The notes: generated from the letters alone by a model not told the origin. A stretch of DNA of 64,000 nucleotides from an uncultured Lachnospiraceae bacterium (GCA_964421915.1 CAYQZB010000005.1:18761-82760), one strand, 5' to 3'; positions 17,992 to 27,557 are shown, counted from the stretch's first letter. Made by a program: numbers and translations.

Positions 17992-18255
17992 TTGCGGGTA
18001 AAGTTCTCGATGGAGGATATGGATATGTCTGGTTTCCGGAAAGGGGCGACTTATCAGGAGATAAAGGAATATGTGAAAGAGCAGACGGGGCTGTCGGTAT
18101 CATCTCTATATATCACACAGGTAAAACGGAAATGCGGGCTGGATGTAGGTCAAAACTATAATTTGGCAAAGAAAGCAAATGCTAAAGTACTGCAGTGCCC
18201 GCAGGAAAAAGACGAGGCTATTAGGGAGGCACTTAAGTATTTTAAAATCATTTAA
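17992..18255 (+). CDS. Small hypothetical protein at the island's left end
   Basis: ORF 'ATYQEIKEYVKEQTGLSVSSLYITQVKRKCGLDVGQNYN'. The start is uncertain: GGAGGA at ~18012 suggests the ATG at 18019 or 18025. Confidence 0.5.
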   Translation: MRVKFSMEDMDMSGFRKGATYQEIKEYVKEQTGLSVSSLYITQVKRKCGLDVGQNYNLAKKANAKVLQCPQEKDEAIREALKYFKII

Positions 18256-18506
18256 TTGGGTAGGAGGAACTAATTATGGATAATGGAGATATTAGGTCAA
18301 AATGTATGACAATTGAGAGAAGTCTTTATTTATATACTTCTTATTAAAATGATGATGTAATTAATTAGTTAAAAGGTTATGAGTAAAATATTATAATATT
18401 TTTGTATGATTTGATTGTATTTTAGAAATTGTATGATATATTTCATTTGTTTATTTTTTGATATTATTATATAGTAGTACCAAGAAGAGACAGAGGTTAA
18501 AAGGAT

Positions 18507-19049
18507 ATGATTATTTGGGTTGATGGTACATATGGTGTTGAAAAAACAGCAGTAGCAATGAGGTTAAAGGAAAAATTTTCTGATGATAACATTGAATTAT
18601 TGGAATCGGATTATTATTGTGATGAGATGGTGAAACCTCTGATTAAGAAAGCAAAAGCAAACAATTGTTTTCCGCAAATAGGTGATACAGTGCCTCAAAA
18701 TAATATGAATTTTATTAAAGAATTTAGAGAAACGATTAAAGAAAAATTCCAAAAAGCAAATAAAAAATTAGTTGTTGATATGGCTCTAACGATGAAAGAA
18801 TGTAAAGAAGAACTTTTTGACTATTTGAAAAATAATGGTATGAATATTGTGCATATTATTCTTACTGCTGATGAAGATACCATAAGAGAGAGAATTAAGA
18901 ATGATGAGAACAGAATGAAAGAAGCCGCTTTAGATAGGTTGACACAGAATATTGTATTTTTGAATAAAAATTTTCCTGATGCAATACGAATAAAAACCGA
19001 TAATTGTAATGTTGATGATGTAGTTGCAAAAATAATGGATGCAATTTAA
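18507..19049 (+). CDS. TmrB-like P-loop ATPase/kinase-fold protein with a variant Walker A
   Basis: 'MIIWVDGTYGVEKTAVA' parallels, from memory, the B. subtilis TmrB N-terminus 'MIIWINGAFGSGKTQTA'. The Walker A Gly before Lys is Glu here. The C-terminal 'IKTDNCNVDDVVAKI' is also TmrB-like. Confidence 0.55.
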   Translation: MIIWVDGTYGVEKTAVAMRLKEKFSDDNIELLESDYYCDEMVKPLIKKAKANNCFPQIGDTVPQNNMNFIKEFRETIKEKFQKANKKLVVDMALTMKECKEELFDYLKNNGMNIVHIILTADEDTIRERIKNDENRMKEAALDRLTQNIVFLNKNFPDAIRIKTDNCNVDDVVAKIMDAI

Positions 19050-19126
19050 TATACAAGATGTTTTAATGTTTGTAAAATATAAATGAACCAAATTATTTTT
19101 TTAGATAATCAGGAGGTGCATAAAGG

Positions 19127-21334
19127 ATGAAGATGGTAGAGACAGCAAAACAGGTCGTTGTGAATGGACAACAAAAAAATTTGATAGCAATAAGCGAGGA
19201 TTTATCTACGATTACTTACATAAATCAAAATATCTCAAGAAATTATAATAATCCTGAAGAAAAGATACAAGCAGAAGCCTTTTGTGAGCTTGTGTTAAAA
19301 TATAATTATCCCGTGGAACAGATAAAACAGTATGTAAAGGTTACTGTTGGTTCAGATGTAAAAGAAGCAGATATTATAGTATATAATGATAAAGAATGTA
19401 AAAAACCGCACATCATTGTTGAGTGTAAAAAAGCAGCAATTAGCGAACAAGAATTCAGACAGGCAGTACGACAGGCATTTTCATATGCCTTTGCTACCGC
19501 TGGAACAATAAAATATATATGGGTTACATCTGGAATAAAAAACGAATATTATGCATTTGACAAAGAAATAGATAGTAGGGAAAGTGTAACAGACATACCA
19601 CAATATAAGGTAAATAAATTAGCGAGCTACAAATTTGCAAAAAATGGGGGGACAACTGCTGATGGACAGAAATTGTTTCCGTTGGCAAAAGTCGAGGAAT
19701 CAGAACTTACAAATCGATTTAAGCAGGCACATCAGGCATTATGGGGCGGTGGAGAGTTAAATCCATCGGAAGCATTTGATGAATTAGATAAGTTGATTTT
19801 TTGCAAAATTTTCGATGAAAAGAAAAAACGTGGGAATGGACAGCCATATGATTTCCAGATTATCAAAGTAGAGCCTAAAAGTAAGGATAAGAGAGACATC
19901 GAAAAAGCAGATCAAGAAACAAGTGAAAATTTACTAAAAAGATTGATTTCGCTTTATGAAGAAGGCAAAAATATAGGCCAGCGGAAAAATGATACAGAGA
20001 TTTTTAGAGAAGGAATTAAATTAAATGCATCAAAGGCAAGAACTGTTGTCAGTTATCTTGAAGGAGTTGATTTATTACATACAGATCTTGACAGCAAGGG
20101 GCGTGCGTTTGAAACATTTATGGGTTCCTTTTTCAGAGGTGATTTTGGACAGTATTTTACACCTAGGAATATTGTCAGCTTTATTGTGGATAGTTTGCCA
20201 ATAGATGAAAAACATCGAGTATTGGATACATCATGTGGAAGTGGAGGCTTTTTGCTTCATGCATTGGATAAGGTTAGAAAAGCAGCAAGGAATTTTTATG
20301 ATGTGAAGGAGGGTGAACAGGAGTCTATTGAATGTCATAATCAATGGCATGATTTTGCAGAATATAATTTATATGGAATAGAAATAAATGAGCAAATTTC
20401 AAGAACGGCTAAGATGAATATGATTATTCACGATGATGGTCATACAAATGTTGTTGCATCGGATGGACTTATCGCTCCAGAGGATTTGCGAATAAAGACA
20501 AATAATGACGGCTTCAAGGAAAATTCATTTGATTATATTATTACAAATCCACCCTTTGGTTCTACGGTCAAACAGACAGAGAAGGCATATTTGCATCAGT
20601 ATAAATTGGCGACAAAAGAGGTTGACTGGTTAAATCCCAATAGTAAGGCATCCGATCGACCCAGCCAAAGTACAGAAGTTTTGTTTATAGAGCAGGCCGA
20701 AAAGTATCTGATAGATGGTGGCTATTTGGCTATTGTTATTCCGGATGGAGTGTTAACGAATACCAGCATGCAATATGTTAGAGATTATATCAGTGATACG
20801 TTTAGAATTGTCGCTGTTATTTCGATGCCTCAGACTGCTTTTTCTGCTAATGGTGCGGGTGTAAAAAGTTCTGTTATGTTTTTAAAAAAATATTCTTCTG
20901 CTGAGAAAAAGATGAGAATTGATTTGAGAAATAATACACAAAACAGATTGATTGCACATTCTGAAGACGGAAAGAAATTATTCCAATTACTAAAAGACAA
21001 AAAAGGTAGTCTTGATAATATAAATAAGCAGCTAAAACGTATGGAACACTCTGGCAATATTGATGTGACGGAGCAGTTAGTTAACAAAAAACAAGTTGTT
21101 ACGGAAGAGTTTGATGAACAGATAGAATTTACAAAAGAAAATCTTTCAGAGGCGTATTTGGAGCAATACAGGAATGAACTCATGGATTATCCTATTTTTA
21201 TGGCGATCGCAGAAGATATAGGATATGATGCCACTGGTAAGGAAACTGGTAAAAATGAATTGCCAGAAATTGCAAAGGAACTTTCTAAATTTATTCAAGC
21301 TATTGAGGAAGGTACAGACTATTTTTTTCAGTAA
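19127..21334 (+). CDS. Bifunctional nuclease-methyltransferase: HsdR-N-like PD-(D/E)xK domain plus gamma-class N6-adenine DNA methyltransferase (BcgI-A-like, type IIB/IIG)
   Basis: N-terminal 'EADIIVYND..PHIIVECKK' (D...ExK). MTase motif I 'VLDTSCGSGGFLLH'. Motif IV 'ITNPPFGS'. No separate HsdR gene nearby. Confidence 0.8.
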   Translation: MKMVETAKQVVVNGQQKNLIAISEDLSTITYINQNISRNYNNPEEKIQAEAFCELVLKYNYPVEQIKQYVKVTVGSDVKEADIIVYNDKECKKPHIIVECKKAAISEQEFRQAVRQAFSYAFATAGTIKYIWVTSGIKNEYYAFDKEIDSRESVTDIPQYKVNKLASYKFAKNGGTTADGQKLFPLAKVEESELTNRFKQAHQALWGGGELNPSEAFDELDKLIFCKIFDEKKKRGNGQPYDFQIIKVEPKSKDKRDIEKADQETSENLLKRLISLYEEGKNIGQRKNDTEIFREGIKLNASKARTVVSYLEGVDLLHTDLDSKGRAFETFMGSFFRGDFGQYFTPRNIVSFIVDSLPIDEKHRVLDTSCGSGGFLLHALDKVRKAARNFYDVKEGEQESIECHNQWHDFAEYNLYGIEINEQISRTAKMNMIIHDDGHTNVVASDGLIAPEDLRIKTNNDGFKENSFDYIITNPPFGSTVKQTEKAYLHQYKLATKEVDWLNPNSKASDRPSQSTEVLFIEQAEKYLIDGGYLAIVIPDGVLTNTSMQYVRDYISDTFRIVAVISMPQTAFSANGAGVKSSVMFLKKYSSAEKKMRIDLRNNTQNRLIAHSEDGKKLFQLLKDKKGSLDNINKQLKRMEHSGNIDVTEQLVNKKQVVTEEFDEQIEFTKENLSEAYLEQYRNELMDYPIFMAIAEDIGYDATGKETGKNELPEIAKELSKFIQAIEEGTDYFFQ

Positions 21335-21417
21335 GCCCCAATTTTGATGAAAACAAAGTTTTTCTAAAAACTTGGGGCGGTATTGACGAGCGTTTAGATC
21401 CGCAATTTTATTTAAAT

Positions 21418-22794
21418 ATGATTCTGTTAGATAAAAATATTGTACAAAAGTCTAAGTATCTTGTGGCTACGTTTAAGCAGAAGATTAAAATGCAGAGGGG
21501 GAGATTTGGGCATCGTCCAAGAAATGACTCTCGTTATTATAATGGTATATATCCATTTATTCAGACAGGAAATGTTGTAAAAGCAAGTGAAGGAAATGAA
21601 AAAATTGAATATACCCAAACTTTGAATGAGTTAGGGTTATCTACAAGTCGTCTATTTGATGAAAAAGTATTAGTTATCACAATAGCTGCCAATATTGGAT
21701 ATACTGCTATTCTTGATTATGCAGCTTGCTTTCCTGATAGCTTGGTTGCTTTAACCCCCAAGAGCAATGACTTTACTTTAGAATATTTAAACATATACGT
21801 AAGGTTGATACGGCAATATATTGAAAATCTTGCACCACAGGCAGCGCAAAAAAATATAAATTTAAAGCAATTAGGGAAATTGCCGATTATTATTCCTGAT
21901 AAAGATGTTCAACAAGAAATTGTATTTATCATGGACCGTGCATATTCTAAAAAAATTCAATTGGAAAGTGAAGCACATGCTTTATTGGAAAGTATTGATA
22001 CTTATTTATTACAGGAGCTGGGAATAGATTTACCTTCACAAGAAGAAAATACACTTGAAAGCAGAATGTTTTATGTTAGTTCAGATAAAACTTTAGGAAA
22101 TAGGCTTAATCCTAGAAAATATACTCAAAAATATCAGCATCTTTTTTCTGTTATTGAAAATACACCATTTCCCAAAAAGTATTTAAGAGATTTGATTGTC
22201 GATAGTGTCTCTGGAAATTGGGGCAAAGATGATTTAGTGGAAAATGAAAACTTAGTTTCTTCCTTAGCAATAAGAGCTACAGAATTTGACAATAAATACA
22301 ATCTTAATTTGGACAATAAGCGGATGAAATTTCGAAAGTATGATCCGACGATTTATGAAAAAATTAAGTTATCTCCAAATGATATATTGATCGAAAAGTC
22401 AGGAGGAAGTGATAATCAACCTGTTGGGCGAGTTGCATTTATCGAGAAAGAAATGGTTGAAACTCGATCGTTGGCATATAGTAATTTTATTCATAAAATA
22501 GTTATTAATGAAGCCGAGGCAGTGCCGCGTTATGTGTATGAATATTTAAGATTAATACATAACATCAAGATTACAGAAGTTATGCAGACTCAAACCAATG
22601 GAATAAGAAATTTAATAATGGGAGAATATTTTAATTTATCTATAATTCTACCTAAAAAAGACAAGCAATTGACAATAGCAAGGGAAGCATCAAGGAAACG
22701 AAGACAGGCATTAGAAATAGAAACGAAAGCTAGTCAAATTTTAGAAGCAGCAAGAATACAAGTGAAAAAGTTATTATTAGGAGAAAGTTTATGA
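21418..22794 (+). CDS. Restriction-modification specificity (S) subunit with two target-recognition domains; conserved N-terminal segment lies upstream without a start codon
   Basis: Two half-repeats, each introduced by '(V/M)F..x..(E/N)RL(D/N)P(Q/R)xY'. The first such segment (KVFLKTWGGIDERLDPQFY) is encoded at 21355-21411, upstream of the first ATG/GTG/TTG in that frame. Confidence 0.75.
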   Translation: MILLDKNIVQKSKYLVATFKQKIKMQRGRFGHRPRNDSRYYNGIYPFIQTGNVVKASEGNEKIEYTQTLNELGLSTSRLFDEKVLVITIAANIGYTAILDYAACFPDSLVALTPKSNDFTLEYLNIYVRLIRQYIENLAPQAAQKNINLKQLGKLPIIIPDKDVQQEIVFIMDRAYSKKIQLESEAHALLESIDTYLLQELGIDLPSQEENTLESRMFYVSSDKTLGNRLNPRKYTQKYQHLFSVIENTPFPKKYLRDLIVDSVSGNWGKDDLVENENLVSSLAIRATEFDNKYNLNLDNKRMKFRKYDPTIYEKIKLSPNDILIEKSGGSDNQPVGRVAFIEKEMVETRSLAYSNFIHKIVINEAEAVPRYVYEYLRLIHNIKITEVMQTQTNGIRNLIMGEYFNLSIILPKKDKQLTIAREASRKRRQALEIETKASQILEAARIQVKKLLLGESL

Positions 22795-24260
22795 GATTAA
22801 CAGGAATTATTGATTATACAATGGACAATTTTTTATGTATTCGTGGTTTTGCACCTATGTTACAATTGGCAAAAATTTCAAAGGCAGATGAAAATATTCA
22901 GAGAGATTTAATTGAAGACCATAGAGGTGATATGGAGGCATTTTTATCTGATGGAAAATTTACTTTTTTTCCAGAAGTTATTTTAGGGATTAATATGAAA
23001 GGCTCCGATAGCGATATCGATAAAATAAATCTCCTGCGTGAAGAAGTTCGTGCCGAAAGGAGTCTGAAGAAAATAGTAATCAATGACATTAAGTATACAA
23101 TAAAAAGGAGTGCAATAAAAAAAGAAAATAATGATTTATCCTATGATGTTACACAGACGGTTGTTATGGAGTTTGAAAAATCATCAATTATTGGAAAAGA
23201 ATTTCTAAGAATTGATGGGAATCATCGTTTGAGCGCCGTTAATGAGCAGTCCTCTTACACAAACAAAAGAATACCATATTGTTTGTTGCTATTTCGAGAT
23301 GATATTGAAACAGATAAGTTTTGCAGAGCACTTTTTTATAATATAAATGCAAAACAGATTTCGTTAAAAATGGAACATAATTTAAAAGTTATTATTGAGA
23401 GTGAACAGGCTTTCGATGACGAAACATTAAAAAAATCATTTGGTATCAATTATTATTTAGCTAGAAAGATAATAAAAACAGCTGATTTTAATAACTTTCC
23501 TTTTATTAAAACGCTTGTGTTTGAGAATATGTATACATATTTTGTTGATGTTCTTGCGCTTTTGTTAGAAAAAGATTTGATTAAGGAAAGCGATGAGAGC
23601 ATTAGTATAATTTCTGAGGTTCTTATAGATATAAATAAAGCATTGAAGTATGCTGAAACAGTAGGTGTACCAAATTGTTTGGCTCTTATCGGAGCATTTA
23701 CTTATTATACTTTAATAGATAAATATAAAGCGGACAAGTTTTTAAAGTGGGTACAGCAAAACAGACTTATGAACATTCCAGAGTTACATATTTATGATGT
23801 GATTGATATTTATGATAAAATATATGATAGTACACCTAAGAAAATTTTTATGTCAATGTGGTTTAATAAAAAGACAGAGGATACTTATAAAGAGGTTAAT
23901 GATGTTAAAAAAATTGTAAAAGAGAAATATAATGTGGAACTTGAGATTATTAAAGTGGATGAGCATAAGGACGGCTATTCTGATGTCATAAGTAAAAGAA
24001 TTATTGAAGGGATTGATAATTGCGATTTACTCATTGCGGATTTATCATATGGGAATAAAAATGTGCATCATGAGATAGGTTATGCGCAGGGGAAAGGAAA
24101 GAAAGTGCTGCTATTATATCAAATTCGTGATGACGCAAATCCATCTGATGAAATTGGATCAAATCTTTCAATGCATGATCAATTACGGTTTGATACATAT
24201 GGAAAATTAAGAGATGGTTTGCTTGAAAAAATTAAAGATTGTTTTTCGTTAGAAAAATAG
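22791..24260 (+). CDS. DGQHR/DndB-like (ParB-Srx fold) domain fused to a nucleoside 2-deoxyribosyltransferase/SLOG-like C-terminal domain
   Basis: N-terminal 'QRDLIEDHRGDMEAFL..FFPEVILGI' and 'LRIDGNHRLSAV...FCRALFYNINAKQ'. C-terminal 'KIFMSMWF...DLLIADLSYGNKNVHHEIGYAQGKGKKVLLLY'. The ATGA start overlaps the S-gene stop. Confidence 0.65.
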   Translation: MRLTGIIDYTMDNFLCIRGFAPMLQLAKISKADENIQRDLIEDHRGDMEAFLSDGKFTFFPEVILGINMKGSDSDIDKINLLREEVRAERSLKKIVINDIKYTIKRSAIKKENNDLSYDVTQTVVMEFEKSSIIGKEFLRIDGNHRLSAVNEQSSYTNKRIPYCLLLFRDDIETDKFCRALFYNINAKQISLKMEHNLKVIIESEQAFDDETLKKSFGINYYLARKIIKTADFNNFPFIKTLVFENMYTYFVDVLALLLEKDLIKESDESISIISEVLIDINKALKYAETVGVPNCLALIGAFTYYTLIDKYKADKFLKWVQQNRLMNIPELHIYDVIDIYDKIYDSTPKKIFMSMWFNKKTEDTYKEVNDVKKIVKEKYNVELEIIKVDEHKDGYSDVISKRIIEGIDNCDLLIADLSYGNKNVHHEIGYAQGKGKKVLLLYQIRDDANPSDEIGSNLSMHDQLRFDTYGKLRDGLLEKIKDCFSLEK

Positions 24261-24551
24261 CATAGTATAAAGTTTTATGGAAGAAATAGAGAATGTATCC
24301 TAGAAGAAACCAGATAATATTTTTACCATTTAATGAATTATTTTTGTATAGCAATTACAGAAAGTGTAGGTAATGATTTTTCGCAGAAAATAAAGAATTG
24401 GGAGTTGAATAACATTTTAGAGGATTGATTTATGCTGGATACATAAAGACTGATTACGCTGAGGATTTAGAAATTGTAGGGAATATGCTGAAAATATGAA
24501 TGATGAGCATTGGATGGCACTTGAAGATGTGTTCTAGGAGGATATTTAAGG

Positions 24552-25139
24552 TTGGATAATTGGAATAATTTATTAGATGAGGATATTTTAAAAGCCAATA
24601 TAAATTTTGCAGCATTATTTGTACTGAATTTTGAGTGTTTAAAAGATTATATTGTTACACAACCCAAAACATTTTATAGTGATGTCGAAATTAAGGACGG
24701 AGAACTGTACTGTGAAGAAACAGAAGAATATAAAAAAGAAGTGCGGTCATTGGAGAAAAATATAGAGAATGCTTCGTTGCGCTGGTTTGTTAATGCAGAG
24801 GCTATTACAGAGGAAGAGTATAACTTATACCAAGAATTGCGGAGAAAAAGGAACGATATCACGCATGAACTTTTAAAAAATTTAAATAATGGTTTTAATC
24901 AAGCAGATGCAAAGTTGTATGTAAAGTTACTAGAATTATATCAAAAAATAGACAAATGGTGGATAAATGAAATTGAAATTCCTATTTCAGGTGAGTTACT
25001 GCCGGATGAATATGATCCGGAACAGGTTTTTGGCGGACAGGCAATGATATTATCAATAATTAACGATATTATTTTTGATAATAATAAAGAGAGATATAGA
25101 AGCTTATTAGATGAATTAAAGAAAATGGGAATAGCGTGA
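24552..25139 (+). CDS. Hypothetical protein (195 aa, acidic, helical)
   Basis: ORF with AGGAGG RBS and TTG start. No motif recognised. Confidence 0.5.
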   Translation: MDNWNNLLDEDILKANINFAALFVLNFECLKDYIVTQPKTFYSDVEIKDGELYCEETEEYKKEVRSLEKNIENASLRWFVNAEAITEEEYNLYQELRRKRNDITHELLKNLNNGFNQADAKLYVKLLELYQKIDKWWINEIEIPISGELLPDEYDPEQVFGGQAMILSIINDIIFDNNKERYRSLLDELKKMGIA

Positions 25140-25251
25140 TTAAATAAGTACAAATAGAATTCTTTTCATTTGAAGAATGTAGTTTAGTAATTGTGTGTTG
25201 ATAAATGGTATGATAATATTTAATTATCAAAGTATGATGGGGAGATATATA

Positions 25252-25668
25252 ATGTACAAAAGGATATGTCTTTGGTTTGGATTTACACTTATTATGGGAA
25301 TTCTCCCATTGCTGTTCACATTAGTCATAAAATATATCACAAAGAGTGAAATTTCTATATCAGTTATAAGCCCAGAACTTATTTTTTTTAATGTAATGGT
25401 TTATGCTGATGGTTTAAAAACATTATATAATATTAGAGAAAGCGATAAAAATAAAAAAATTAAAACCACTCTACTTGTTTCCGTTGTAATACTTTTAATA
25501 TTTTTAGCTGTAATATATGGAATATTATTATTAAATAGTAATATACCTAATTTAAATCTTCAATTGGAATTACTAAATATATCATCTGTAATATCTACAA
25601 TAATTTGTGTAATTTTGTCAGCGTGTATACAGATAATAGGAGGGTTAGAGGATGAATGCGATAATTAA
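25252..25668 (+). CDS. Hypothetical integral membrane protein (~4 TM)
   Basis: GGGGAG RBS before the ATG at 25252. Four hydrophobic segments. Confidence 0.55.
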   Translation: MYKRICLWFGFTLIMGILPLLFTLVIKYITKSEISISVISPELIFFNVMVYADGLKTLYNIRESDKNKKIKTTLLVSVVILLIFLAVIYGILLLNSNIPNLNLQLELLNISSVISTIICVILSACIQIIGGLEDECDN

Positions 25669-25939
25669 TAGTTTATGTATTGCCATGCTGTCTGGTTCTA
25701 TTGTATCCTTATCTGTATCGTTATTTGGGACGTTTAAGGCCTATAAAAAGCATATTAAAGCTAAGAAAGAGTTCGAGATGGTAAAAAAGGATCAAGAGAC
25801 AAAGCTGGATGAGATTTTAAATACTCAAAAAGAAATTATGAAAATCATAGATAGTATGGAAAATTCAGATAAAGATTTAGCAATAGAAGTATTAAAAGAG
25901 ACGAAGAAAGAATTAGAGAAAAATTATCATAAACATTAA
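25652..25939 (+). CDS. Hypothetical single-TM protein with a charged helical tail
   Basis: GGAGGG RBS. Start overlaps the end of the previous gene by 17 nt. N-terminal TM segment then a K/E-rich helix. Confidence 0.55.
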   Translation: MNAIINSLCIAMLSGSIVSLSVSLFGTFKAYKKHIKAKKEFEMVKKDQETKLDEILNTQKEIMKIIDSMENSDKDLAIEVLKETKKELEKNYHKH

Positions 25940-26190
25940 CAGATAAATAGAGTATCCAATAATTAATTTCAATTAGCCATCAAAAATAAAATGGATCATT
26001 TTTTATTGTATTGGTAACAGCAATGGATAATGAACAAATCATAGCTACCGTTTTATTGTTTTTGCAATAGCCTATGTTTTTATTTTTGAATTTTCTGCCA
26101 AAGGGTCTTGTGAAAAACAGTTTATGAGGGTGCACATAGAATTCTTTTCATAGTCTGAGAATAGCTGGCGTTTTTGACGGAGAGCCGTAG

Positions 26191-26457
26191 CTATTTTATT
26201 TTCTTCAAAGCCTTTTGCCGTTCCGGATTGCTGTGATTCTTTTTCAGTACTGCCATATATTCAAACAAGTCGCGCCTTGTCGCATCATCCAACACAAAGA
26301 AATCAGCAATCAGCTGATCAACCATCGGCAGTTCGGTATAGTCAAAATTCTTAATAATCTTTAGGGTGCGGTCAGAAAAATAGGCTTTCTTTTTCATGCC
26401 GACTATAAGACGCTCCCTGTCTGAAGGCAGCATTTTCAGATTTTTTCCGTATTCCAT
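26191..26457 (-). CDS. Small hypothetical protein (88 aa)
   Basis: The internal ATG at 26457 is preceded by GGAAATAAAG. The longer ORF-track version (to 26790) runs antisense through the mobC remnant. Confidence 0.45.
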   Translation of the reverse strand: MEYGKNLKMLPSDRERLIVGMKKKAYFSDRTLKIIKNFDYTELPMVDQLIADFFVLDDATRRDLFEYMAVLKKNHSNPERQKALKKIK

Positions 26458-26485
26458 AACTTTATTTCCCTTCTTCCTTTTTACC

Positions 26486-26793
26486 CTGTATCTCGGTGAT
26501 GACGAATATCGGATTTTATGCGCTAAATTTGAAATATCCGAAATGCGGAGTAAGTCGGTTTTCTGCGCCAGCTGATTGTGGCAGGTTTTGTGTACAACGT
26601 AGATTATTCTTATCTTAGGGAATACAATTATCTGCTTGGAAAAATTGGCGCGAATCTCAATCAGATTGCAAAGAAGATTAACGAAACGAGGAGTATCTAT
26701 CAGGCGGATATGGATGAGGTAAAAGGAGAGATGGAGAAACTCTGGAAAGTTCAAAAAGCTATGCTGAAGAAACAGCCGGTAATGATTCAATAA
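26486..26793 (+). pseudogene. MobC-family mobilisation protein, frameshifted and lacking a start
   Basis: MobC signature 'LLGKIGANLNQIAKKINETRSIY' in the 26578 frame. The expected upstream part (TLYLGDDEYRILCAKFEISEMRSKSVF) is in another frame, joining near the T-run at ~26560, with no start codon. Confidence 0.6.
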
Positions 26794-26859
26794 CAGAGAT
26801 TTTGAGTATCATTTTGAGATTGTTACACAATTGGATATGCAAAGAGATCATGTCTACCG

Positions 26860-27090
26860 GTGACATGTAAAATATACCGGAATATACAGCGAAAGTGCAG
26901 GAGGGAGCGAGCTTATGTGGAGCATAAGAAAAATACATATTATGATGATTCAAAGGATAATACCGCCTTCGAACGCTGTATTGATGTTATGAGCAGATTG
27001 ATACTGAAATACGGATCGGATATGCTGGAAAAGATAGAGCAGAAAGAAATGCGGGACATGCATTGCGAAGAAGTGGATAATGTGCTATGA
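26860..27090 (+). CDS. Hypothetical small protein
   Basis: ORF only; no motif recognised. Confidence 0.3.
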   Translation: MTCKIYRNIQRKCRRERAYVEHKKNTYYDDSKDNTAFERCIDVMSRLILKYGSDMLEKIEQKEMRDMHCEEVDNVL

Positions 27091-27120
27091 TACATATATC
27101 GCAATGCGTGGAGGGTGTGT

Positions 27121-27310
27121 ATATGGATATAGCAAAAAGAATAACGGAACTTCGTGAGGAAGCGGGCGAGAATAGAAAAGAATTTTCGGTTCATACGGGG
27201 ATACCTGTCCGCACATTAGAGGACTGGGAGGCGGGGCGGCGCACTCCGCCGGAATATATCCCGCGGTTGATAGAGTATCAGATGAAGTATGAGAAATTGG
27301 TTAAAGAAAA
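27121..27310. repeat. ~190-bp direct repeat, copy 1 (covers the small HTH gene)
   Basis: Matches 28701-28890 with about seven substitutions counted by eye. Confidence 0.85.
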
Positions 27311-27317
27311 AGGGTAA
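27123..27317 (+). CDS. Small HTH DNA-binding protein (XRE-like), copy 1
   Basis: 'MDIAKRITELREEAGENRKEFSVHTGIPVRTLEDWEAGRRTP'. Confidence 0.7.
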   Translation: MDIAKRITELREEAGENRKEFSVHTGIPVRTLEDWEAGRRTPPEYIPRLIEYQMKYEKLVKEKG

Positions 27318-27557
27318 AGCAATCAAAAAGTTAAGAATTTTAAACGTATCGAATTCGATACGTTTAAAATGACTGTAACCGTGTGTAATTCAAGTCGGTT
27401 ATAATCAGGAGATTTTTTAAAACAATTTGTGGACGAAATTTTCGTCCGCAAATTGAGATGTTTGACTATGCTAATTGCCTCGAATTGGAGGCAGTTAAAA
27501 AATTTGTAGATGTTTGATCATTTTCGTGATGTCACGAAAATGATAGGGAGGATTGGT

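Noticed and set aside
26458-26790. Upstream two-thirds of the 199-aa minus-strand ORF at 26191-26790
   Set aside because: It runs antisense through the recognisable MobC 'NLNQIA' region. Only the distal 88 codons, from the ATG at 26457, have a plausible RBS.
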